This document shows, in pieces, positions 47,831 to 56,072 of a stretch of DNA of 64,000 nt. The stretch comes from Candidatus Hermodarchaeota archaeon (lineage in GTDB: Archaea > Asgardarchaeota > Hermodarchaeia > Hermodarchaeales > Hermodarchaeaceae). A model generated the notes under the pieces. That model worked only from the letters and a program-made list of their open reading frames with translations. It had not been told where the DNA came from and made no database searches. The stretch is from assembly GCA_016839805.1 (NCBI GenBank), contig JAEOTO010000031.1:32001-96000 (forward strand), written 5' to 3'. A program made the position numbers and the translations under genes. Position 1 is the stretch's first letter, and every line of letters starts with the position of its first letter.

Positions 47831-47854
47831 TTGGCGTGAAATGAGGATTTTTTC

Positions 47855-49795
47855 ATGCCTGTTCATATACACACCACCATCCCCGAAAAATCAGCAGAAA
47901 TTTTGAATCAACTAACAGGTACTTATGGAACGAAAAGCCGAGTTCTAGAGAAAGCATTAGAAACCATGACACGCGTTGAGAAGGTCGGCTCCTGTGATGA
48001 TTGTACGTTTAAGGCGCAAATAGAAGAGCGGATGAAATTACGTGAGGCTTTGGAATTAACTTCGATCCGAAAAGATTTGCTTGATGAGCTCCTTAGGGTT
48101 GCTCTTTCAGATCTCACAATGAGTGAATTTATTCAATGGCAAAGAAACGATGCCCAAAACACTATTGAACTCATTCAGAGCTCGATACAGTGGAAGCCAC
48201 CAACTGAATTTCGGGATTTCCTTTCGTTAATTGACCAAATAAGTGAAATTACCCGGCTATTTGATGTCGCTTCACACCGTGAAATGGACAAAACCATCGT
48301 ACTTAGGCCAATCGTATTTCTAAGAATGCCTGAACTGGTAGCATTTCAATTAGCGATCATTCTTGAAGGGATTGGTGTTTACTTCGATCTACGCATAATG
48401 CGAAAAGAAATAATCTTGAAAATGCTTCGAAAGGAGTTAGCAAGTGTCCGAAGAAGTAATCCATTACAATTCATTTCTGAGCGGATGGATGATAAATTCG
48501 GGTCACTTAAACCCCAATTATTCAAGGATCAATTAGTGCTTGTTGGTCCTGCCTTTCTGAAATGGGCCGCTCAAAGCCTCGAGGAATCAATTGCCGATTT
48601 AGGATCTGTAATCGAAGATATTCGGTTGTCCATCAAACCTGCTGAATTCTCGGATAATCCTAAGGAATTCATTGATGGATTAATGCGCGCCGGACGGAAT
48701 ATGAATTGGATAACCCAGGTAAATACCACTCAAGAGTCTGAGAACAACTTTCGTATTAACTTTCAGGCAACATCACCTTCCATGGCGAATATCGCTACAG
48801 TCACCTTTGCGTTAATTCTCGCAACGAAAGGATGGAAGCTCATCCGCTATTCCACCGAGTATGATAATGGGAATATTGTTGTTGAATTCGTTGGGGAAGG
48901 AAGTCAAGAGGTCTTAGACCAGTTAATCGAAATGAACCTGTTTCGAGTCGTTAATCAACAATTTCTTGATTCTATACCGGTTCCCCGAGAACTTTTTGAT
49001 ACATTTGCTATTAAGGTTTACGATAGTGATCGCCGGCGTTTTGAAGAAATCTATCGTAATATTGGCTTTCGCATCGCAAATGCAATTAGAATGTTAGCAA
49101 AGAACGATGAAGAAAAGATTGGACGGCTTATTCGAAGCTACATTGAAAAAAATGTTCATGAAGCACAATCAAATGCTGAACTTCGATTTGTCGATGATGA
49201 AACCTTTTCGGTAGTATTCAGGCAAATGGAGCCAATAACAATAACTAGTCAACAAATAGTAATCAAATCAATGTTGGAGGCACTCGGTTACGAAGTCTCG
49301 GTAACAACATTTCAAAACCTCCTAAACGTGAAAATGAAAAAGGTTGGCAAGCCCCTTCTAGGTCCTCTCCATCGTAGTGAAGTTGTTCAGATGGTGAGTG
49401 ATGCAATTGCTGCTGATTCATTAAAAGATGCGTTGAATCAAGTTAAACCAACATTGGATAAACTGTTTCCTGTTGAATATCCTTGGACGATTCACGAGAT
49501 TGGAGATCGCCTCCTTGACATGTATCGTGAGTTGGGGATTCAAGTTGAAATTGAATACTTTGAAGGAGGATTCACACTCAAATACCGAACGTGCCCCTAT
49601 TACAAACTCGTCGCTAATAATCAAAAAACCTGGCTCTGTAAATTCCGTAAGAAAGCTATTGAATACATCCTATCCCGAGTTACACGTACTGGCAAAGGAA
49701 GAATCAAGGTAATCAAATCGCTCATAGAGGACGGAACACATCCCTGTGAGTATGCAGTTTTTCTTGAAGAATTCTTAGCGAAGTCTCCGGGTTAG
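47855..49795 (+). CDS. Putative regulator: ribbon-helix-helix + CxxC + tandem V4R/MetOD1-like domains
   Basis: HIHTTIP...TKSRVLEKAL (RHH pattern), CDDC, C-terminal TCPY...WLC...PCEY. Confidence 0.7.
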   Translation: MPVHIHTTIPEKSAEILNQLTGTYGTKSRVLEKALETMTRVEKVGSCDDCTFKAQIEERMKLREALELTSIRKDLLDELLRVALSDLTMSEFIQWQRNDAQNTIELIQSSIQWKPPTEFRDFLSLIDQISEITRLFDVASHREMDKTIVLRPIVFLRMPELVAFQLAIILEGIGVYFDLRIMRKEIILKMLRKELASVRRSNPLQFISERMDDKFGSLKPQLFKDQLVLVGPAFLKWAAQSLEESIADLGSVIEDIRLSIKPAEFSDNPKEFIDGLMRAGRNMNWITQVNTTQESENNFRINFQATSPSMANIATVTFALILATKGWKLIRYSTEYDNGNIVVEFVGEGSQEVLDQLIEMNLFRVVNQQFLDSIPVPRELFDTFAIKVYDSDRRRFEEIYRNIGFRIANAIRMLAKNDEEKIGRLIRSYIEKNVHEAQSNAELRFVDDETFSVVFRQMEPITITSQQIVIKSMLEALGYEVSVTTFQNLLNVKMKKVGKPLLGPLHRSEVVQMVSDAIAADSLKDALNQVKPTLDKLFPVEYPWTIHEIGDRLLDMYRELGIQVEIEYFEGGFTLKYRTCPYYKLVANNQKTWLCKFRKKAIEYILSRVTRTGKGRIKVIKSLIEDGTHPCEYAVFLEEFLAKSPG

Positions 49796-49915
49796 ACTAT
49801 ATGAGAGTGAAAATGTGGTTAAACTGGAAGGGTACATAGAGGGTATGAATAGGGGAATTAAAACACGAATTCGGTTGAATGTGTAAAAACGTGTAGAAAA
49901 ACAGAGGAATAATGA

Positions 49916-52717
49916 ATGGTAACGATAAATTTGGACAGAATTTTCCATCCCAAAACCGTCGCAATCATTGGAGCCAGTAATGAGGAAGGATCAGTTGGAC
50001 AAATCCTAATGAAGAACTTGATGATGAACGGATTTGAAGGTAAAGTCTTTCCTGTGAATATCCGGCGAAAAGAAGTAATGGGAAAAAAAGCCTATCAAAG
50101 CGTAGGTGAAATTCCTGAGCCAATTGACTTGGCGATAATTGCTACTCCCGCAAAAACTGTCCCCAGTATCGTCGATGAATGTGGAAAAGCTGGGATTAAA
50201 GGTTTAATCATTATATCTGCTGGATTTCGAGAAATTGGGGTAGAAGGACTTGCACTCGAAAAGCAACTAATAGCTTTAAAGAAAAAATACAAGTTACGAA
50301 TTATTGGACCGAACTGTTTTGGAATAATCCGTCCTAGCCTTAACCTAAATGCGACTTTTGGAGAAATGCTACCGAAAGTGGGTAACATTGCTTTTATTTC
50401 CCAAAGTGGAGCATTGGGATCAGCAATTTTAGATTGGGCCCTTCAACAGAATCTTGGGTTCAGTAATTTTGTATCAGTAGGTTCGATGGTTGATGTCGAC
50501 TTTGGTGATTTAATCGATTATTTTGGTAGCGACCCCCAGACGCGAAGTATTATCCTATACATTGAGGGCATAACTGATGCACGTAAGTTCATGAGCGCCG
50601 CCCGTCACTTTGCCAAAACAAAACCCATTATCGTAGTTAAAGCAGGGAAATTTAGTGAAAGTGCTCAAGCTGCAGCATCACACACTGGATCCTTAACTGG
50701 CTCCGATCTTGTATATGATGCCGCCTTCAAACGAGCAGGGATTGTCCGCGTTGAGGAAATTTCTGACCTATTTAATGCAGCAGAAGTTCTAGGAATGCAA
50801 CCACTCCCTATGGGACCACGACTAGCAATTATTACAAATGCCGGGGGTCCGGGTGTTATGGCTGCAGATGCTTTACTCAAACGAGGAGGGAAATTAGCTA
50901 AACTCTCTGAGGAAACAATCAATAGCCTTAACAGAATTCTCCCTCCTTATTGGAGTCATGGTAATCCTATTGACGTGTTAGGTGACGCAGATGCTAATCG
51001 CTACCGAGAAGTCATGGATCTCTGCCTTGCCGACAAAAACGTTGATGGGATTCTCATCATCTACACACCACAAGCCATTGTGGCAGCTGAGGCAATTGCT
51101 CTCAGCGTAATTGGATTGTGTGATGCTAGAGGAGGGTGTCAAAAGACTATACTCACTTCATTTATGGGTGGAAAACAAGTTAATGAAGCAAACCGGATTT
51201 TTACTGAGAGTGGTTATCCAACCTATTGGACGCCAGAGCAGGCCGTTGCGACCTACATGTACATGTACCAGTATAAACGGAATCTAGAGTTACTCTATGA
51301 GACACCTGAAGAATTACCTACAGAAAGTGTTCCTCCAAAGCGTCCGGTGACAGTACTAATTCGTAATGCTGCAAAAGAGAATCGAGAGATATTGACTGAA
51401 GTGGAGGCTAAACGTCTTTTAGAGTATTACAATATCCCTGTAGTGAAAACACGCGTAGCAGAATCTGTTGATGAAGCAGCTGCAGCTGCTGCTAGTATCG
51501 GTTATCCTGTTGTTCTCAAAATTCTATCACCTGATATTACTCATAAATCCGATGCTGGAGGTGTCAAACTCAACCTTAACTCAGATATTGAAGTGCGGAA
51601 CGCTTACGACGAAATCCTTCAAGCAGTAAAGGAATATAATCCCAAGGCAAAAATCGCTGGGGTAACAGTACAGTCAATGATTACACCCTCAGGAACAGAA
51701 GTTATTCTTGGAGCAAAACGTGATCCTTTGTTTGGGCCAGTAATTCTCTTTGGTATGGGTGGGATTGGTGTAGAATTCTTCAATGATGTGGCCATCGGTT
51801 TTCCTCCCCTCAATCAGACACTGGCAAGAAGAATAATGGAAGAAACTCGCATTTACAAGATTCTTAGAAAGGGACATCGACGAATTCAGCCTGCTAATCT
51901 GAGATTACTTGAGGAACTCATCGTACGATTCTCCCAGATGGTTGTTGATTTTCCCGAATTGAAAGAGATTGATATCAATCCATTACTAATTGATGAAAAC
52001 CAAGGAATTGCTCTCGATGCACGTGTCATAATTGATCTTCATCGGATAAGTAAATCTATTGAACCTTCGTCAGAATTAGTGATAAGTCCATATCCGAAAA
52101 AATATGAATTAGTCTGGCGAATGCGAGATGGACGGACTGTCCTCTTTCGCCCAATTAAGCCTGAGGATGAACCTCTCTGGTTAGAGATGTTCCAGAATTT
52201 TTCCGAAGAATCGATACGCTACCGATTTTTCGAAATTATCAAAGACACTCCCCATGAAGTAAGAATCCGATACACAAACATCGATTATGATCGAGAGCTT
52301 GGAATCGTTCCAGTAATGCAGGATGGCGATAGCCAAAAAATTCTGGGAGTAGTACGGTTAATTGAAGAACCAGATGGTAGACGTGGGGAAATCGCTTTCA
52401 TTGTTGCAGACCCCTGGCAAGGGTTAGGTCTTGGCTCAAAAATGATTGATTACATGATTGAGATCTGCATTGATCGAGGTTTAGAAGAGATTTATGGTAT
52501 CATGTTACCAGATAACTACCGCGCCCATCGCTTAATGGAAAAAATGGGTTTCAAGTTAGAGCGTACAGAAGATAATCTAGTTCAAGCCAATCTTGATCTC
52601 CGTGCGGAAAGGCAGTGGCGAAAACCGCGTGAATTTGGCAAACCTGTAGCAGAGATACCCTCGGAGGATTTAGAGGTCAAGTCAGCAAAAAAACCTAAAA
52701 AAGGGAAAAAGGCGTGA
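49916..52717 (+). CDS. ADP-forming acyl-CoA synthetase alpha/beta + GNAT fusion (Pat/YfiQ-type)
   Basis: VAIIGAS, GPNCFG, SQSG, ASHTG, TNAGG, NPID, HKSDAGGV, DINPL, PYP, RPIKPED, WQGLGLG. Confidence 0.92.
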   Translation: MVTINLDRIFHPKTVAIIGASNEEGSVGQILMKNLMMNGFEGKVFPVNIRRKEVMGKKAYQSVGEIPEPIDLAIIATPAKTVPSIVDECGKAGIKGLIIISAGFREIGVEGLALEKQLIALKKKYKLRIIGPNCFGIIRPSLNLNATFGEMLPKVGNIAFISQSGALGSAILDWALQQNLGFSNFVSVGSMVDVDFGDLIDYFGSDPQTRSIILYIEGITDARKFMSAARHFAKTKPIIVVKAGKFSESAQAAASHTGSLTGSDLVYDAAFKRAGIVRVEEISDLFNAAEVLGMQPLPMGPRLAIITNAGGPGVMAADALLKRGGKLAKLSEETINSLNRILPPYWSHGNPIDVLGDADANRYREVMDLCLADKNVDGILIIYTPQAIVAAEAIALSVIGLCDARGGCQKTILTSFMGGKQVNEANRIFTESGYPTYWTPEQAVATYMYMYQYKRNLELLYETPEELPTESVPPKRPVTVLIRNAAKENREILTEVEAKRLLEYYNIPVVKTRVAESVDEAAAAAASIGYPVVLKILSPDITHKSDAGGVKLNLNSDIEVRNAYDEILQAVKEYNPKAKIAGVTVQSMITPSGTEVILGAKRDPLFGPVILFGMGGIGVEFFNDVAIGFPPLNQTLARRIMEETRIYKILRKGHRRIQPANLRLLEELIVRFSQMVVDFPELKEIDINPLLIDENQGIALDARVIIDLHRISKSIEPSSELVISPYPKKYELVWRMRDGRTVLFRPIKPEDEPLWLEMFQNFSEESIRYRFFEIIKDTPHEVRIRYTNIDYDRELGIVPVMQDGDSQKILGVVRLIEEPDGRRGEIAFIVADPWQGLGLGSKMIDYMIEICIDRGLEEIYGIMLPDNYRAHRLMEKMGFKLERTEDNLVQANLDLRAERQWRKPREFGKPVAEIPSEDLEVKSAKKPKKGKKA

Positions 52718-52760
52718 AGTTTTATTAATGTGAAGACATGTCCAAAGATGTGTGTTAGTA

Positions 52761-53297
52761 ATGTCTAACCTCTGGCGTGATTTACCACCTGGTCCTGACC
52801 CACCCAATCGAATCTACACGATCGTAGAAGTACCTAATGGTGTAAGTAACAAATATGAATATGACATCAAACTTGGAATCTTTCGTCTGGACAGGGTACT
52901 TTATTCTGCACTCTATTTTCCTGGTGATTATGGAATTATCCCCCAAACATGGTATGAGGATAACGATCCTCTTGATATTATGGTGTTGACCACCAAACCC
53001 ACTTTCACTGGCTGCATTCTGGAAGCTCGACCAATTGGTATCTTAACGATGGAAGATGAGAAAGGCGAAGACGATAAGGTAATTGCGGTACCCATCAATG
53101 ACCCCCGGTGGGATGAGGTGAGAAACTGCTCGGATATGGCACATCACCTTCGCGCAGAGATCGCCGATTTTTTTCTGAAATATAAGAGTCTTGAACCGGG
53201 ACGATGGGTTAAGGTAAAGGAATGGCAGGATTCACCTACAGCGATGAAAATCATCGAAAAAGCTATCAAAATGTTCAAAGAACAGTTCAAGAAGTAG
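52761..53297 (+). CDS. ppa: Inorganic pyrophosphatase (family I)
   Basis: KYEYD, LDRVL, YG, EDNDPLD, DEKGEDDK. Confidence 0.95.
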   Translation: MSNLWRDLPPGPDPPNRIYTIVEVPNGVSNKYEYDIKLGIFRLDRVLYSALYFPGDYGIIPQTWYEDNDPLDIMVLTTKPTFTGCILEARPIGILTMEDEKGEDDKVIAVPINDPRWDEVRNCSDMAHHLRAEIADFFLKYKSLEPGRWVKVKEWQDSPTAMKIIEKAIKMFKEQFKK

Positions 53298-53327
53298 CTG
53301 GATCAGATTCCGCTGGTTTCGTACGCT

Positions 53328-53487
53328 GAAGAGTGAATAATCCCATCGTGAACTACCCCGCCCTGACGGACGGAGCTTCCTGCTTCATCCCATCGGCTTG
53401 TGCCGACTGGTCCACAGGCTCTACTCGCCGTTCCGGCGATGTTGCCCGGTCATGGGGTCTTGGTTCTCGGCCACCTGCCGGGACCTC
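53328..53487 (-). ncRNA. IS200/IS605 TnpB-type omegaRNA/reRNA, stand-alone, with putative guide GATGGGATTATTCACTCTTC
   Basis: Minus strand ...GCCTGTGG...GATGAAGCAGGAAGCTCCGTCCGTCAGGGCGGGGTAGTTCAC matches the typical tnpB right-end hairpin and TCAC end (53348). Several hairpins; TTTAAATA box at 53509-53516. Confidence 0.75.
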
Positions 53488-53525
53488 AACTAGGACCTCT
53501 TGAAATCCTATTTAAACACCTCGAT

Positions 53526-54104
53526 TCATTCCCGGTCTGAAAGGGCCGGGGTCTTCTCGAGGTTATAGATAAGAGGTAACAGTCGGGGAACTAAAAACGG
53601 TGTCGTGCGTTTGTATTCAAGATATTCTTCACCAAACCGTGCTTCTAACTGTGGTTCCTCGTACTTCTTGATTCGGATAACCATGATAACCAGAATAATC
53701 AAGGGAACAAGAATTGCCATTCCAAGCGATCGAAAGAGAAGCCCCATCCCAAGGGGAAGAAGCGTGTATCCTAGAGTGATAGGATTACGAATATGGGAGT
53801 AGATTCCAGTAGTAACGAGCAGAGTTGATTGAGCTTGTTTATCAAATGCACCCCAGGGGAGCCCCTTTCCAACTCTACGTAAATGGCGTGTTGCCTTAAT
53901 TCCGACTGCCGCTCCAGATGACATTATACTAGCGCCGATTATGAGGTTGTATGGAAAGGGAGGAAAAGGAGGAAGGAGAAAGATAGAATCCATCCATACA
54001 CCAGCTAGAATAGTGATAATCGGTACAAATAGGAATATGAGAAGATATGGTCCGATGTAACGCAATCGAATGGTTGGGAGAGAGGATGAATTTCTAGGTG
54101 GCAT
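53526..54104 (-). CDS. Isoprenylcysteine carboxyl methyltransferase (ICMT/PEMT) family protein
   Basis: LVTTGIYSHIRNP, EEPQLEARFGEEYLEYKRTTP. Confidence 0.88.
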   Translation of the reverse strand: MPPRNSSSLPTIRLRYIGPYLLIFLFVPIITILAGVWMDSIFLLPPFPPFPYNLIIGASIMSSGAAVGIKATRHLRRVGKGLPWGAFDKQAQSTLLVTTGIYSHIRNPITLGYTLLPLGMGLLFRSLGMAILVPLIILVIMVIRIKKYEEPQLEARFGEEYLEYKRTTPFLVPRLLPLIYNLEKTPALSDRE

Positions 54105-54110
54105 GGAATC

Positions 54111-54620
54111 CTACCAATGTTCTCTATGCACACGCGACTTATCATATTGTGTACGCGGTTCTTTTTCTTCTGCCGGATGTCCAACTGAGATTAAACTCAA
54201 TGGAATAATATCATCCGGAAGACCGAAGATCTCCTTGACGGGTCTAACACGGTTTTCATGGGGATAAATCCCAAGCCACACAGCACCAAGGCCCAACAAC
54301 GGAGCAGCAAGAAGAAGGTTTTCAGTGGCCGCGGAACAGTCTTGAACCCAATAGTGTGGTGAAGCACTTTCAATCCCACAAATTGCGATGCATAGGGGAG
54401 CACCATGGAGCAATTTGGCACCAGATTTGATTTCAGCGAGTTTATCTAATTTTTTCCGATCAGTGGTTATGATAAAGTGCCAAGGTTTCCGATTTGCAGC
54501 AGAGGGAGCAGCCATAGCGGCCTCAAGCAGCGCTTGGACATCATCTTCACTAACTGGCTGCTTTGTGTACTTACGAATACTACGCCTTGAAAGAATCATT
54601 TTTATCTGGTCTTTAGTCAT
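54111..54620 (-). CDS. Nitroreductase family protein
   Basis: RRSIRKY, APSAANRKPWHF, QDCSAATENLLLAA, GLGAVW. Confidence 0.92.
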   Translation of the reverse strand: MTKDQIKMILSRRSIRKYTKQPVSEDDVQALLEAAMAAPSAANRKPWHFIITTDRKKLDKLAEIKSGAKLLHGAPLCIAICGIESASPHYWVQDCSAATENLLLAAPLLGLGAVWLGIYPHENRVRPVKEIFGLPDDIIPLSLISVGHPAEEKEPRTQYDKSRVHREHW

Positions 54621-54650
54621 TTTTTTCTCCTCTAGGAGGTCAGTAGGTTA

Positions 54651-54727
54651 TGGCGGGCCCGGTGGGATTCGAACCCACGATTACCGGCTTAGAGGGCCGG
54701 TGCCTTATCCAGCTTGGCCACGGGCCC
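54651..54727 (-). tRNA. tRNA-Arg(TCT), intronless, CCA encoded
   Basis: GGGCCCG acceptor stem, CCGGC-CCTCTAA-GCCGG anticodon arm, GGTTCGAATCCC T-arm, GCCA end. Confidence 0.93.
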
Positions 54728-54837
54728 AGATTTGAAGGTTTCTCGGATTCGTTAAACCTTGAGAGTGTAGCAGGAGTGGCTGGATAAATTTTTATCTATT
54801 CATCGTGATGTCAGAGTAACATTGCGGGTGGTTATCG

Positions 54838-55053
54838 ATGGATGCTGAGATTGATATTACACATCGCGCGCTGAGCGCTGGAATTGCTGAAATTCAATTA
54901 ACAGAGGCAAAGACGGTTCGAGAATTATTACGCGAGTTAGGTCTACTCCATCGACATTTTGTGGTGCTGGTTGATGGTAGACGGGCATTACTAGATGATG
55001 AAGTTGCTGAAGGTCAACGCGTGATAGTGCTTCCAATTATTGCTGGTGGATAA
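54838..55053 (+). CDS. MoaD/ThiS/SAMP ubiquitin-like protein
   Basis: TVRELLREL, VLVDG, C-terminal IAGG. Confidence 0.85.
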   Translation: MDAEIDITHRALSAGIAEIQLTEAKTVRELLRELGLLHRHFVVLVDGRRALLDDEVAEGQRVIVLPIIAGG

Positions 55054-55063
55054 CGCCAAAGTT

Positions 55064-55948
55064 TCATACAATTTCAATTTTTTCTTCATTTGGGAGAAAA
55101 ATAGACATTGAATGTGTGAATTCTTTTCGGAGTTCTTTGATTGTTTTCTTATATTCCGCATAGGATAGGTGAGTTGTTAGGTGTGTTAAGAGCACATGTT
55201 TAACGTGTCCCTGATGAGCAATCTCAAAGGCTTGTCGAAGTGTGAGATGGGGGGCCTCTTCAGGTGGTTCCCATTGCGGATAAACCCAGGAGGCATCGAT
55301 GATAAGTAAATCTGCGTCTTTGGTCTTTTCAGCTAGGTGAGAGGAGGGACCTGTGTCACCTGTATAGACGATTTTTCGCTGACGGGGTGTAAGATGGTAT
55401 TGCGTAGAATCGATGCGTTTTGACGCTATCTTCGGACTTTTCCCTTGTGCAATGGCAGACCAATGTTTTTGTGGTATACCATCAGTCTCAAGTTTTTTAG
55501 TATCTAATCGGTATTTGGGAGACTCAGTGATAATAAATCCACAACTGGGACCACGATGATTTACGGAAAAAGCTTCAACTGTTAATTTATCAATACAGCA
55601 TGCTCCTGATTCAGGTGAGAGAGGGCAGAGCTTAAGAAAGGTAGGTTCACCACTAATTTGAACAAGTTGATTAATGGTTGATTTGATTCCTTGCGGATGG
55701 ATTATTTTGATTTCATGGTGCCAATCTCGCTGATGTAAAAACCATAGAAGAGGAGGTAATCCCCATAAATGATCTAGATGTCCATGACTGAGGAGTATCG
55801 CAGAGAGCCCTCGCAGGCGTAACCCGCGTCGCCAAATTTCTGTTATAGTTCCTGGTCCAGTATCGAGAATCAAGCGAGTTCCTTCCCAGTTAATCATAAT
55901 CGAAGTGGAAAGGGAAGCAGCCCCATGCAATGGATAAATGGAAATCAT
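55064..55948 (-). CDS. rnz: RNase Z-like metallo-beta-lactamase, divergent
   Basis: LDTGPG, SHGHLDH, exosite-like insert, YTGDT, LTH. Confidence 0.78.
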   Translation of the reverse strand: MISIYPLHGAASLSTSIMINWEGTRLILDTGPGTITEIWRRGLRLRGLSAILLSHGHLDHLWGLPPLLWFLHQRDWHHEIKIIHPQGIKSTINQLVQISGEPTFLKLCPLSPESGACCIDKLTVEAFSVNHRGPSCGFIITESPKYRLDTKKLETDGIPQKHWSAIAQGKSPKIASKRIDSTQYHLTPRQRKIVYTGDTGPSSHLAEKTKDADLLIIDASWVYPQWEPPEEAPHLTLRQAFEIAHQGHVKHVLLTHLTTHLSYAEYKKTIKELRKEFTHSMSIFLPNEEKIEIV

Positions 55949-56072
55949 CGTTGTAGAAGTGTAGTTGATGAGATGTTATTAAGAAGTGCTCCTACCAGAA
56001 AATCTTTTAAAATCATTGGAGCATTCGGGTTCACTCTATTAATTAGTTTCAACTGCATGATGGTGCGCAACC

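Noticed and set aside
54388-54735. 115-aa ORF spanning the tRNA
   Set aside because: Antisense to the nitroreductase and the tRNA.
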